NCBI GenBank assembly: GCA_964016885.1
Contig: CAXHJY010000289.1
Span: forward strand, 14,555-78,554
DNA from: Eledone cirrhosa
Lineage: Eukaryota
DNA length: 64,000 nt
Direction of reading: 5' to 3'
Shown here: piece after piece, positions 11,801 to 26,403 of the stretch
Position numbering within the stretch: the first letter of the stretch is position 1
Layout: each line of letters begins with the position of its first letter
The notes under the pieces: generated by a model
The model's database searches: none
Told to the model about the DNA's origin: nothing
Seen by the model: the letters and a program-made list of their open reading frames with translations, nothing else
Translations under genes and position numbers: made by a program

Positions 11801-14800
11801 TATTTATTTGTTAATCTAGGGTAACATCGTTATTGGTCAATAAAATAATGTACCAGTTAGGTACTGGAGGGGAGGAAGACAATTTGACTAACCCCTCCAC
11901 CCAAATTGGTTTATATTACATGTCTTAATTTTATTGTCTTGAAATTGACATTGGTAAGTGAATACATAAAGATGAAATAACAAAATAATCTCATTAAACT
12001 GACATCTCCAGTAGTATTACACAATGTGTAACAAGACTGGACCATTGAATAATAAGTATACTCTATCTGATGGCTTTCTGTATAGTTTCCATTTACTTAC
12101 AAGCTTGGGTTAGCTCAAGGCTATGATTAAAAGAAAACACTTTCCCAAGATCCTCTGAGTGGAAGTGAACCGGGAACTGCATGTTTGTGAAATGAATTTC
12201 TTAATCACTCAGCCATACCTGTGTTCATATTTACTATGTCTAATTTACTGATTCACTAACTTTTACAGGATGTCCACTTTTGGGAAAGCCATTTGTGAAA
12301 AGTATATCATGTGCAAGTAACTATGCGAAGTTATTTTAAATGCTAAGATATAGCTGCTGAAATGTACCTGTTAGATAAGCTTTAGCTTTAAATATACTTT
12401 CACTAAGAATTTTTTTATCTTTGTTAATATTGGCTAGAATCTTATACAGAACTTTGATATATATTGCAAGACTGACTTAATTCATTCATAGATATATGAA
12501 CTATATATCTAACAACCAGTCAGAGGAGAATTTGATATGTTTTTTAAGTAGATATACTTTACATCAGTTTACCTTTACTACCCTACATAAAATTGCTGGT
12601 GTAGTAAACAATGATATAGTTCCATGCTAAAATTAGAGGAAATCTTATTTTCAGCTATAGTTTTCAAAATACTTGGAAAATTTCAACTACAGTTCGATAT
12701 TATCTGTTTAATTTGTGTTAAAATATAATATGTAATGGTTTTTCTAAACATTTTAATATGAATTGCTCTGGGAAAATATCATTTCAGTACTTGATGTGTT
12801 GTGTGTGTGTGTTTAAAATTGATTTTGGTTGCTAAAAAGGGAATTCCTTCTTTGAGTTCTTATCTTTTAATGAGCCGTAGGGTCATTATCGTGAAATACA
12901 ATGGATCTTGGGCATTTTAAACCTGGTGGAGCTCATCTCTCTCTCTAGATCAAGCAATGAATTATGTTGGAATAGATCTTCATAAGATATGTGTTGTTTT
13001 CAGTAAGAAAGAAAAAAAAATGTATTTATTGATCAAGGAGTTTTATATCAAGAGTTATTAGCTAACTATTTACTATTCCTGTTGAGAGAAATTTATTGCA
13101 ATCTCCATCTGTTTACTTTGTACTAACATAACACTTCTCATGAAGTACTCATTACCAACATATAAACTAACCTTAGCTTCAATCAAACCACATGTCAATT
13201 ATCAGTTTTATACAACTCACCCACCTCTACCCCTCCCAATTATGTACATTTTTTCCCCTTAAACATGATACAGGACTTAATGTGTAGTAATAATGGTAAT
13301 AATTTCAATGAGTGCAGCTGTATACTTAAAACTGCTACATTAAAAAAACAGGGATAGGTTCCAAGTAACATTGTTTTTGTTTTGATGTTGATTCCAGCTC
13401 ATTAGCTGATATCACATGTAACCAATCATATATTTATTTGGAGCTTTAAAATTTAATCTACTTCTCTCTGTTTCTGTTATAAATATATATATATATAAAT
13501 AAAGTTTATCCCAGCTTCAATCGGGTGTAACCACAGTAAGGAAGGTACTCAATACAGCTGAGTATAAATATTTAGTATAGAAATGGCTTCTGCAGATGAT
13601 TTTTCCCGAATGAAACAGTTCTAGTCCTGTAGAAGCTATTTTTATATTTATATATATGTGTTTCGTTTTTTTTTGTTTGTTTTTTTTTTGGTTTTTTTAG
13701 TGGGTAAGATTTTTTTAGTTTTGTTCTATCAATAGACATGGGGATGAATGGTAAAAGTGCTTGGACTTACAGGATAACCGTTTAAACCCTTGACATTCTG
13801 TCAGTGTGTAGGGAATATTACTTGTAGTTATTTTAAAAAAAGACAGCACCATTTCTCACTGATTATTAAACAATTGTCATTAGAAGTAGTCTCGTTCTGT
13901 GAAATACTTGTTTAAACACTATTATAATTTCTAAATTAGAAGGAAAAAATAAACTATTCATAGAAAAATGAATGTAATGTTTCATTCAAGTCATTAAAAT
14001 TAAATCTAATAGCAAATTGCAATGGGGTTTTTTTAAATCATTATTTCACTATTTTTAAGAGCTCTTCTGCTAAAAGCCAATTCACTTCGATGTATTTAGA
14101 GAAGACTTATGGCTATGATACTGAAAGTTGGCATTAAAAACAAAAGTTAATCATCATTAGTTTGTGCCATTATTTCAACTATTAAAGTGTTATTTGAATA
14201 ACTTAATTTGTCCATTCTTAGTATAAGTACTAGTCAAGTACTGGATTTGATTCAATCTATTGTCCCTTCTTTCCCTAAAATGTGTTGCCTTGTGCTTGCT
14301 TACTTTACAAATTTATAGGAAGATGAGTTGTTATAGAGATGTATTAGGATTCAATGAGGTAAAAATAGCCCATTGTAGGTTGATATATATTAGATGAATA
14401 TCTTGCCAAAGTGAAGGTGCATGGCCTAGTGGTTAAGAAATTGAATTCACAATAATAATCATGAGTTTGATTGTTGGAGCAGGTATTATATTCTTGTGCA
14501 AGATGCAGTGTTGCTCCAGTCAACTCAGCTGAAAACAAGTGAATACCAGCCAGAAGTAGGGAGAATATTTTCAATGTAGGACTGAGCACCCCTATCTTTA
14601 AAACACTCAAACATCCTTTGAGATTCAACCATGTAAGAGGCCAATTAATCTTGCATAGATTTGAGCTGTAACAACAGCAACAACATTTAAACGGCATATA
14701 AGGTAAGGGGGGAGGGGGGTTAAAAAATCACAACTTCAGCCATCTTCAAAGAAAAATGACACATTGGATAATGTAGACCTAAATACACTGTTGAGGTGGG

Positions 14801-15666
14801 GGCAGAGAACTCATAGGATGCTCACAGAATGCCATTGATCATAGGTTTACTCATCATCATTTTCCATATTACCAAGGGTTGTACTAGTTTTCATGGTAGT
14901 AGTGTACTAGGTGCATTTTATCATGGCACCAGCACTACTTCATTGTAGTCAGCAAATAAATCAGAACCCATGAAAAGCTTTAATTACATAGTTTACAATG
15001 ATTAATATACATTGGGAAATGATGTATTGTGTAAGTAAATGAAGATCCTATATCTCCTTCATTTTGTTCTTGTTACAGCTCACACATAGATTTAGCCAGC
15101 TTCCCATGACATTGGATCTCATCAGTTTCATGGGTATTTTAATGATAGGGACTCCCAACTCTGTCACCATTTTTCTGGTGACGGGAAGCAGGGTGTGATT
15201 TGGAACCCATTAGTCAAAACAAGGTGTCCTATTCAACACTAACAATAATTTATTCTGATGATGAGCAAAATAAATACTGCAATGACTATGCCAATTTGCT
15301 GCCTTTTTGCACCTTATTGGTGTAGATTCTTTAGATTATTCAAGATAAATGTAGAAATCTAAATTACTGAAAAATTAATTGCTTTTGTTTACATTAGAAC
15401 TGGCTAAATAGAGCAGTCACTGTGTGTGTGTGTGTGTGTGTAAAGCAGAAAGAATGTACCTGTTTTTGCAATATGGTTAGTCAGAATTTAGTTTAAGCTG
15501 AATATTTCCCTTGGGTGTTCTCTATTTTATATTAATTATTGTTGTTTTTGTAGCATTGAGTTTAAAATAGGTTTAAAGACTGAAAGGAAGAACAACTAAA
15601 ACAACTTTGTTGTTGAGTGCATCATATTTAAATCCAAGTTTTTAGAATGGTGAATTGACAAACTAA

Positions 15667-15871
15667 TTAACCCTTTAGCATTCACATTACTCTATATATA
15701 CTATTATATTTTCATGGTAAAGGCTTTACCGCACATAATATCGAATCTATGAGATTTTGAAAGTATTTATTTTGAGAACAATACCTTAACATCAGTTTGA
15801 ACAGCCAGTTTCAACAGAAAGAGGTAGAGAATTCTGGCCAGTTTTGGCCGGTTTGAACATCAAAGGGTTAA
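15667..15871. mobile_element. piggyBac-like MITE family A (also 5432-5646, 41759-41987, 42476-42673)
   Basis: TTAA-CCCTTT...AAAGGG-TTAA termini; conserved ~200-bp body. Confidence 0.8.
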
Positions 15872-16174
15872 GGATTCAGATTAAATGCCTTAGTGTTTAT
15901 TCTGGTTCACTGCATGCTGAGTTCAAATCCTTTGAGGTCAACTTTGACTTTCATCCTTTCAGGGTTGATAAAGGGACAATGTACTGGCAGAATTGTTAAA
16001 GAATCTGACAGAATGCATTGCAATATCTGGCTTTGTGCATTTTGAGTTCAAATTTTGCCTCTTTCTGCCAAGAGTTGTAACCTGCAGATAGTATTAGCAA
16101 TGGAAAGACCAATGAAAAACCCTGTTTCTTTGGTCTGATCTGACAATTGGTTCCTTTTCTTTTAGAGTAAATGT

Positions 16175-16385
16175 TTAACTCTTTTGTTACAAACCATCCC
16201 TGGTTCTACATTAAGAAAACTGATTATATTTATCTAAAAACCTTCCATCATAATTTTATGTAAAAACCTTTGTTCTAAATACCAACTTAACAATTCAAAA
16301 ATTAGCTATATCATTAAATCCCTTCAAATTTAAGATTATTTTCAGGCAGTATACTTCATTAGATATATGGTAACAAAAGGGTTAA
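16175..16385. mobile_element. piggyBac-like MITE family B (also 7495-7726, 18328-18491, ~37360-37585, 41734 onward)
   Basis: TTAA-C(T/C)CTTTTG...AAAGG(G)-TTAA termini; shared AT-rich body. Confidence 0.72.
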
Positions 16386-19300
16386 TATAGAATTGGTGCC
16401 TGCTGGAATATAAAGCCTATACATCAAATACTGTCTAGGTCAATTTATCTTTTCAATTCTCCAAATCTACATTACAATTTTACCAAGTTCATTGTAAATT
16501 AATTTTAGGGGGGGGGGGAAAAAATCGTATTGCTATCTTGCCACAGATGTTGCTGTCAAATGAATCTAGTAAAACAATTGAAGATGAAGGTTAAAGTACA
16601 TAGCCAACTAATTAAAGTCAATGACACAATACTCAACTGCTTGAACATATGAATTCTCTTACTCTTTCTAATTCTATCTATCTATCTATATCCCACCCTC
16701 CTATCTCTCTTTCTTTCCCAAATTCATTCCCCTCTCTCTCTCTCTTTTATATATGTGTGTGTGCATGTCATCATTTTCGTCATTTTACCTCTACTTTCCA
16801 TATTGGTCTGGCCATTACAAAATGAGTTGGTTCTTTTTTGGAGTTACTGCCCTCCTGCCATCCATGTCTCACTCATGGATTCCATTTTTGGCATGGTTTC
16901 TACTGCTGGATACCCTTCGTAGCACCAACCACTGTCTCTCTAGTTCTATGAAACAAAACCATCCACTTTAAATAGTTCCTATTTAAATTAGAATCTTCCA
17001 GCATAATTTTATATAAGAATGAAAAAGTTAGTTGTCTACAAAATCCCTCCAAATTAATTGAAATACATGCAGTTTCAAATAAAATGTTTACAAAAGAGTT
17101 GAGGGACATTTGAGATTTTTTTATAACTACAAATTCACACAGGACCCAGTAAGATATGACTAAGAAAAATATTACAGTGTGGTGTGGTGTGGTTCTAGAA
17201 GAGATTGCATATTGTTTGGTGAGTCATCATCATCACTGCTTTTATGTCTACCTTTCCATAGGTTAGACATGACACTTTGAAGCAGTGTTTTACAGCTGGG
17301 TCCTTTTTTAGACACCAACCCTTTTAGTTACCTTATGGTGTGCAGAAATATGATGTACCTATTTTAAAAACTGGGATACACACTTATAAATAAGAATGAA
17401 ACCAGATGGAGGCAGTGGTGTGCTGGAGTGCAATCTGAAAATTTGCAGAAACGGTGAAAGAATTAATCAGGACTATGATCCAATGCATTCAGACTATGAC
17501 CATCTTACCATTTTGAAAATATTGTACCCCAGGTACAGTGTCTTTTTTAAGTATGGTTTAAGAGAGAATTGGTTGCTATTACTTGCAGATTTAACAACTA
17601 TATATATACACACACATACACAGGCTTCCTCATTAGCTCATAGTTCAGATGTTGGCAACCTGGTCATTTGGTTACTGTTTCCTTAGGAAGTAAAAACAGC
17701 TAGTCAGTTAGTTGAAATTTTATACCATACACCTGAAATCTTGTCATCTTTTAAAGTGTTTTTTAAAAAGTTACACACAATTACTCAAGTACATTGCTAG
17801 CTACTTTTTTGTAGCTAAAGATCTGCAATATATTTTACCCTTTTATATCATGCAAACCCCAAGTACACACATAGTTGTTCATATTTTTTAGAAAACTAAT
17901 GTAACATCTCTGTATATATATATAGACCGCATATTAAACAGTTATATTTTAAATTAAATAATCACGTATGAACTGTTGAATGTATAACCTCACACCACTA
18001 GAACATGATAACAGAATTAATAATCACTATAGGTTGTATTTGCTATGCATGTAATATTTCCTAACCATTACTTATAATTTTCAAGCCATTTTGAAAATAT
18101 TCAGGAATGTAGAAAGGTTTAGAGCACCAGCTTAATAATGGAATAGTTTTGTCATTTTACAAAACCCCTTCAAATTCTTGATTATTTTCAAAATTAATTG
18201 AAATATATAGGCAATGTTTTTGTTGTTTTTTTTTCTTCTTATATAAGAAATATGACTCAAAGGATTAAATTAATTTATGTAAACACTAAATGTGACTTCT
18301 GCCAAACTGTCAATTAAGTTTTGTATTTTAACCCTTTTGATACCAAACCACCTGAAACAATAATTAAGGGGTTTATTTTAAATTGTTTAAATTTATCTAA
18401 ACATCTTGTATAATTTTATCTAAGATATCTCCAAATTCTTGATAATTTTAGGCATTGGTTTTCATTCGAAATATAGTAATGAAAAGGTTAAGTTTTGGGT
18501 TTTTTTTAACTCAAGGTTTGGTTGTAACAGCTATTTTAAGTACACATCATCCTGCTAGAAATTGCAGCTAAAACTCCCTCAAAACGTACTTTGTTGACTG
18601 AAGAGATAGAGATGTGGTCATCGTTTAAATGCCTATTGATCATCAATCTGCTTGATCAGAACTGATCTGGGTCTAAACATGTCACATGGAGTTACTTGAT
18701 ATCTCTCTCTCCCATGGGAAAAAGACACGACCCAATCGATTACAAGCCTCCCTCATATCTTAGTTTTATCTCTATCCCCACACTATCAGCTCATACTTCC
18801 CTTTCAACATATCCTTTATTATTACCTGTTTCTCTGAAGTCATTTAAAACCAATCATAGCTTCATATTCCACCTGCTAGTTGCTTCTGAACTACTGATTG
18901 CATTCACATGTAATTTTGTTTTTTGCAACTGCTTCACCTTGTAAACTAGATTCTTTATATTTTCTCTTCAATATGGTGGAGCTAAATAAACAGAATGATT
19001 ATTGAAACTACTCTAATTTAACTTGAACCAATTAATTGTATATTCTTCCATCCTAAGAAATGATCAACAAATTCATTAGACTAACATTTCCAATAAAATA
19101 TATATTTTATGAAATGTGTGTGTGTTTTCACATAGTTGGTTCTAGTCCAAAGTCTGAAACCTGTACATTAATAATGGTTTCTGATTTAGGCACAAGGCCA
19201 ACAATTTTGAGGAGGGGAAAGTCCATTAAATCGGCCCCAGTACGTTACTAGTACTTTATCGACCACGTAAGGATGAAAAACAAAGCTAACCTCAGCGGTA

Positions 19301-19454
19301 TTTCGACTCAGATTTTAAAGAGCCATAACTCTGACATAAAGCATGTTTGATGCTCTAACGATATTGCCAATTGACCTCCCTAACCTGTACAATAATACAT
19401 TCATACACACATACGTATGTGTGTATGTATGTATGTATATATATATGTGTTTAA

Positions 19455-19742
19455 GAGGGATAAGTTGTTGTGCGGGAAAGAAGACTGCGATGGTATGGAT
19501 ATGTGATGTGCATGGAGGATGATCACTGGGTAAAGAACTGCCAAGAAATGCCAGTTGAAGGAAGACATTATAGAGGAAGACCACAAAAAACATGGGCGGA
19601 GGTGGTGAGAGCAGACCTCAGATCACTGAAGCTCACAGTGGAGATGACGAAGGACCGTGACAAGTGGAGAGATGCTGTGCTGAATAAGACCCATCCCACC
19701 CTTGCAAGCAGGGAAAAGCGGACGTCAAATGATGATGATGAT
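19455..19742 (+). mobile_element. RTE 3' fragment with short tail
   Basis: ORF 19470-19844 RERRLRWYGYV..GRPQKTW..DRDKWR; tail gcggacgtcaaatgatgatgat. Confidence 0.9.
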
Positions 19743-20024
19743 ATCATCGTCATTCTTTTTACATCTATTTTTCCATGCTTGTATGGGTTAGTTGAGATCT
19801 TTTGTGGCAGATTTTCTACAGCTAAATCATCTTTCTGGCATTAACCCATACCTTAGTCTTAGTGTGATATATGCCACTGACATCTGTCAACCCACTACTC
19901 AGCAGGGTGTATTGTCTATGGGGAACATCAAGAACTGCCTCTGCAAACTTTATAAATGGTATCAATGACATTTGCAGCAATTGGCATACATATATAAACA
20001 CATCCATATATACTTATGCTGTAC

Positions 20025-20175
20025 ACTTTCTTACAGTTTCTGTCTACAAATTTCACTCACAGGCATTGGTCAACCTGTGACTATAGAAGACATTTATCCA
20101 AGATGCCACATAGTGGGACTGAACCTAAAACCATGTGATTCTGAAGCAAACATCTTAACTACACAGCCATGCTGT
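20025..20175 (-). mobile_element. tRNA-derived SINE head (relatives near 7243, 8265, 12070, 23765, 31890, 39585)
   Basis: tctacaaatttcactcacaggcattgg...gggactgaacc...acacagccat, with A/B boxes on the minus strand. Confidence 0.78.
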
Positions 20176-21084
20176 ATATGGTTGTATGTATGTGTATATA
20201 ATTTGCCATAGATATACAACTTAAAACAAGCAGTGACGTTTATGTCCTGCATATACAATACAGTTGGCAATTTAGACATTTGATGAAAGTCATTTGTATA
20301 TACCTCAAAAAGTTTCATCCAACCCATGCCAGCATGGAAAAGCTGACATAAAACTGATGATGGAGATGAAGAATGAATTATCAAAAATAAAACAAAACTT
20401 TTTCACTCTAATTATTAGCCTTTTAATTCTGGTAGATTTATTGATCTTCTAAAGATCAATAATTTATAATTGAGCTTTAGAAGGCTGAGGCTTCTACCAA
20501 ATATATAATAAAAGATTAATGGAAGTTGAATACCAAAACCAAGTGACATTAAATATCTAAATCTTAAACATAATTTTTCTTCATTTGTTTCATCACAAAC
20601 ATCTCACTTCTTCATTTATGATCAGCTATTATATATTCTAAACTGCTGTCTACATATGTGTTTGTGAATGGTAGGAAGTCTCTCAGACATGACAGTTTAC
20701 TGGCCTAAAGCTTTATACCTAATTAGGAAATATTGTTTTTTCACTATCTATAATGGCGATATCAGTGACAGTGTTAGACAATAATACACCATTAGACTTC
20801 ACAGTATTTAGACAAAATATGAGGTATCTTCTACATGGTAGCTTGAGCTGGTAGAAATAACAACCAAATCTCCATCAAATCACTGTTTCTCTAAGATCAA
20901 AGAGATTGATGCTGTTGATATTCTATTTAAATTGTTGCAGGTCCAATCTTTTGAGATAGACATGACCAGAAGTGTTCCAAACAGCCAATGTTCTGGTCTG
21001 GGCAGGGAGTGAGTGAGGAGTGCTTGGGTGAAGGCATGTGTTCAACAAGTTCCAGGGAGCAGAGACTTTTATACTAACCTGATA

Positions 21085-21250
21085 GAAATAGCAGCAAAAT
21101 CTCCCTCAAATCACTATACTGCCTCTTTAAAAAGAGACATTGCATAATGTAGTCCAGAGAACCTGATGCTAAATAATACAGGGTGGCGACAGTTAGAATA
21201 CTTTTGATTATAGGTCTGCACTTCCAAGTCTGAGCTAAGAGTAAACATCT
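21085..21250 (+). repeat. Abundant dispersed repeat, probably a SINE 3' part (also ~6200, 9310, 10850, 18555, 21300, 37140)
   Basis: gaaatagcagc.aaatctccctcaaatcac...cttttgat.ataggtctg...gctaa recurs many times. Confidence 0.7.
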
Positions 21251-22799
21251 ATAACAGTATTTAGATGAGCCAACACGCAAGTCTAAATGTAGTCATTCGG
21301 CCAGTTAGAAATAGCAACCAAATACCCCTTGAATCACTCTACTGTCTCTTAAAAAGGATGCATTCAATAATTGTAGTCTAGGATACCCACTGCTTGATAA
21401 AAGACAAGATGGTCACAACTAGAATAGATTTGATTTTAGATTTACTTGTATGATTGGGACTACATTGTTTCTTTTTGTTTTTTTTTTATGTCAATTGTGT
21501 ATGATTTGAGTGTTTTGGCTACTATTCCTAGCTGGTTAAATGACTGCATAAGTTATATTGATTAGGTCCTATAAAACTGAAATATATCTCAAACAGTCCC
21601 TTTTACCTGCAAACAGTTCCGATTTTCTCCTCAGCATACAAATTATATTTCTGACTAATTCTTAATTTCTTGAAACATCCTCCTCCTTTTCTTTGAGAGT
21701 CACTAACAATTACAGCTGGTTTGTTTGTATTTTTTCTTCAGCTAAGAGGGAAATTTCAATTAGAAACTTTTTGTATGTCAGTCAATACATCACCCCCTAA
21801 TATTTTGGATTTTTTATACCACTAAGTTGATAAATGCAACAATTGTGATGAAATGCACATAGTCTTAACTGTAAAGTGGTTGGTGATGTTGAAGGCATTT
21901 GGTCATATTCACCTCACCAAAAAAGAAATGAGCATAAAATAATTGTTTCTACTTTAGGCACAAGGCCAGCAAATACCCAGTTCATTACTGGTACTTTATT
22001 TTATCGACACCGTAAGGATGAAAGGCAAAGTCAACCTCGGCGGGATGAGCATAAAATAATGATTAATAAACTAGTTACCAATCCTATGTATAATTTTTTA
22101 TTTAAGGCCACAATGATGAGAGAGATGCTTTCTTAGTTTCTAATACCAACTTGTCCAAAACCGCCTCTGGTTTTATGAAACAAAGCACCTTTTTTTAAAG
22201 AGTGTCTGCTTAAATTAAAATCTTCCAACACAATTCTATATAAGAACCTTTTATGTTACAAATACCATCTTAATAATGAAATAATTTTACTAAATCCCTC
22301 CAAATTCTTCATTAATTAATTTAAATATGGTGTATTTCATTAGAAATACAGTATCTGCTTCCCATTCATGCTTTTGAGTGTTGCGATTTAAACAGTCCTA
22401 ACTATGGAATGCAATTGGAAGCATAATCAAAATCAACATCATGGAACAATTTTAATATCTTTAAATTTATGCATCAAAACAACCATTAAAAGATGTATGA
22501 AATGTTGACTTTCCACTGGTCCTTGTAGTTTGTTACTGGGAGACAGACACAATGGCTGGTTCATGGATAGGTTTATTGATTGAGATATCTATATTTGGTT
22601 GTTACAGTTTTATCATTTGAAGAAAGTTTTAATTTCACTTGCTTAATTAAACAGGCACCGTGCTTATTTAATGTAATTTTAATGATAAAAAGAAAATAAA
22701 TGTTGGCAAGGGTGTTTGCTTCAAACATTGTATGGAGACTGAAAAAAATTGTTACAAATCTATACTTTAATTAGTTATAATACTTTGTTAGAGTACTAT

Positions 22800-23260
22800 T
22801 CACCTCCATAAATGGTGGCATACCATCTGCATCCATAACCTTCCAAAGGGCTCCACGATCTACTGAATCAAAAGCAGTGACAAAATCTATGAAGCAGACA
22901 AGGGCCCTCTGCTGATAGCACCAGCAATGCTCAAGCACCCGATGCAGCGTGAAAATCTGATCTGTACACTCTCGACCAGGACGAAAACCGCATTGATTTG
23001 GCCTTCTGCGTGAATCTCATTGATTTTGAAATCGCTTTAGCAGTATAGTAGCGAATATCTTAGCAGCAATGTCGATTAGGGTTATACCGCGGTAGTTGCT
23101 GCAACAACGTTTATTGCCTTTCTTGAAAAACGGAAGCAGAACAGCATCACTCCAGTCTTGGGAGAGGCCTTCAGATTCCCAGACACGGACAATAATTTTG
23201 TGAAGGGGCTGGGCTAATATATCGGTAGAGTATGGCCTACTTGGGAGTAAATGTAATCCG
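22800..23260 (-). mobile_element. Internal RT fragment of a different RTE-like LINE
   Basis: Minus strand reads NQCGFRPGRECTDQIF and CFIDFVTAFDSVDRGALWKVMDADGMP. Confidence 0.8.
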
Positions 23261-24954
23261 TTACCAAATTTATCACCACCACATTGTGCTTAGATACTTT
23301 GAGTGGAGTCCACTGTTAAAATCTTTCAGACCAAGACTCTGTTTTGAGGATTTCCTCCTCTTTGCTCTCATTAGTCTTCAGCTTATGGACACTGTCTTTC
23401 TTCCTATGCATATAAGAAAAATAAGGCAACAAATAATGTTGAAATTACTTCTTTATATTATTTAAGCTATCACAGCTATGGTCTTGCTTCAATACCATGT
23501 TCAGTGAGGATAACATAAGGTACTTGATCTTCACACATTGTACTACTGAACTGCAGGGCATAAACAAATGTTATTGTTTGCAACATCATCATTTTACGTC
23601 CGCTTTTCCCTGCCTGAAAGAGTGGGACGGGAACTGATTCTGGCTTGATTTCTACAGCTGGATGTCCTTCTTAACACCAACCTCATTTACAGCGAGTGCT
23701 GGGTGCTTTTTTTTCTGTAGTGTCAAATGTTAAGATACACATACTCATACACACATTTATGCAATAGGCTTTCATATAGTTCTTGCCTACCAAATTCACT
23801 CACAAGGCATTACTCAGCTTGAGGCCATATAAGTCATTTGCCCAAGGTCCCATAGTCAGATAGAACCTGAAACCGTATGGTTATGAACTGAATTTCTTAA
23901 CCACACAGCCATACTCCACAATTCTCTCTTTTCTTTCTTTTAACATCCCACTTCCAGAAACTAGTTCTACTAAAAGTAAGGCATTATTTACTTTAAATAT
24001 TTTCATTACTACCAAACATTATCAGAGGTGTGTGCTGTATCCTTTATGTGAATCATAAAGGGTATGCGAAACTCTACCGCCCCCTGGTTAAGCAAGCAAA
24101 TAAATTTTTTTTTTTTTAAATATATTTTCTTTGCCAGACATTCAACTATGCCATTCTAGGAGTGGTTATTGCTGCTCATAGAAACTTACATAAATTGAAC
24201 TCATTTCTCAACAATTACTCTCTTTCTCTCTCTCTCACTCTCTCCATCTCTCAATTTATTTGTTATCTTTATTTTCATTCACAGTCAGTATAATAATGTG
24301 TCTAATAAACTAATTTATTATTCACATTTGATCATTTTATCCAAATAATCGGCAGTGGCTTAGAAATAAATTCTTAGCAAAAGAAGAAAAGTAGTTAATT
24401 GCCAAGGACATGTGTGAGTATCTAAACTATAATAAAGTAAGGAGCGCGGGACTGCATACGGTTTATAATTGTTTATCTCATTAGTAAAATAAGTTGGATT
24501 ACTTTAAATAAATAATGAATGAATATTACATAATTTATCTACTAAATTTCGTGGCTGTTGATTAAATATATTTTGTTTATTTAAAGATTCACTTCTTTAA
24601 AATTTCTGAAATGTCAACGCTTCCGGTTGGCCATCGCTGAAATAAACATACTAATTTTCTCCTAATGCAGTTTATATATAAATCATCTTTTTTAATGTAT
24701 CATGGATTACGTTACTGATTACATAAGACAATTTCTATGTATTATATATTGTCAATTACGATTTTATTGGATGTATCATATCTACATGTATATATACCTG
24801 CGTAAAATATCAATATACACACTAGACATGCTAGCAGAAAACCATCCGAAGGGTGGTTTTTCTGCTAGTATAGTTAATAAATGAAACAAACAAAACACAG
24901 GAGGCAATTTTTACACAGTTATATTAGGTTCATGCTTGGTGGAAGTGGAGGAGG

Positions 24955-24990
24955 TTTCAACGTTTCAGACAGAAGTCCTCCTTCAGGAAA
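24955..24990 (-). ncRNA. Degenerate minimal hammerhead ribozyme
   Basis: Minus strand tttc-CTGAAGg-a-ggac(ttct)gtct-GAAA-cg-TT-gaaa; palindromic aacgtt stem III; one core change; near a TA tract. Confidence 0.55.
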
Positions 24991-26370
24991 ATTTGGATAG
25001 GGAGAGAACAGATACATGAAAGAGTAAATAGAGAAGGAAATTTAAAAATCAAAATATATATATATACACACATACATACAGTGTGTGTATGTATGTATAT
25101 GGCTTTGATTGCAGAGGACCTGAGAGAGCTGGAGAAAGGTGGGATGAGTATCCCCTTCAGTTGAGTCAATGACTGACAGCCTCACTAGTGCTGATGCCAC
25201 AAAGGGACATACCTAGTGCACTCTGTGGGGTGGTTGGTGTTTTCCTTCCATCTATTCAGGGTGCTGGATTGGCTGAATTAAAGCTTTGGACAAGATGCCT
25301 TGCAATATCTGTTCCACCTTTGTGCATTCTGAGTTCATAATTCTACCTTTTGTCACCAGAAAAATGGTTGCGTAATAGGACTGGAGCCCCTACAATTAAA
25401 ACACCCAAGAAACTGCCTGTGTGATGTAATCCTATTGGTGGTCAACTAAACCTATGGTTTGTAACAAACAACCTATATCATTTTTTGTAAAGTTGCCTAC
25501 CTATCTACTGGTTTACCTGTATGTATTGAGATATACAAAGGTAGTTTTAAGTTTCATTTGTTTACAATAGCAAATGTGGGTGTGTCCACGCAGACAATTC
25601 TAGAAAATTCAAAATATGTAATGGATTCAACATAACCTTCCTTAAAAATATTCATAAATTGAAATATAAGTTATGACTCAGTTTTACGGTGGAGCAATCT
25701 CCAGACAACTGTTGTCTTAGAAAGTGCTCCAGCATGTAACTGACTCATAACTGCTATACAAATAAATTGCTGAAATCTTCCTCCTCGTTCACTAACACCC
25801 TCCTTCAGTTTTTTTCTTTTATACACAAATATATATAAACACGCACGCACTTACACATATATATATATATATTGTACATGTTTTTCTTCGTTTCCCTAGA
25901 TTGGAGAATTGTTCATTAGATTTAACTATTTTATTGTTGAATGCTCCTTTCTGATGATAATTACTCTGTAGTGAGGCCAGCACCTGTTTTCATTCAGGTT
26001 TTCTAAAGTAAGGTTTTATCATCTTATGTGATTTTATCACTACTATGTTGTCATCATCAGAAAGTGGCATACCATGTTACTACCTATATAAGGTTATAAT
26101 CTCGAATGTTTGTCTAATCAGAAAGCTGGCCAAGTCAGTAACGAATAAGGAAGTTTGCAGTTCATATCTTGTCACCAGTGTCCATGAAGCTAAGAGACTT
26201 AATTTTCAAATGGCTCACACCCATTAGTTGTAAATGATATGTGCTAGTGCAGAGAGTCTCAGTCTGAACTTACATGGATTAGATAAGCTGTCGCATTCAG
26301 AGGCTAAACAGGTCAGATGACTTTCTTGCTCATACATTCCATTCTAGCATGGTTTCTATGGTTGGATACC

Positions 26371-26372
<2 letters not shown>

Positions 26373-26403
<31 letters not shown>

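Noticed and set aside
13515-13535. Apparent 21-nt microexon (cccag|cttcaatcgggtgtaaccaca|gtaagg)
   Set aside because: No adjacent polypyrimidine tract, and it lies inside a TA-flanked repeat-like cassette.
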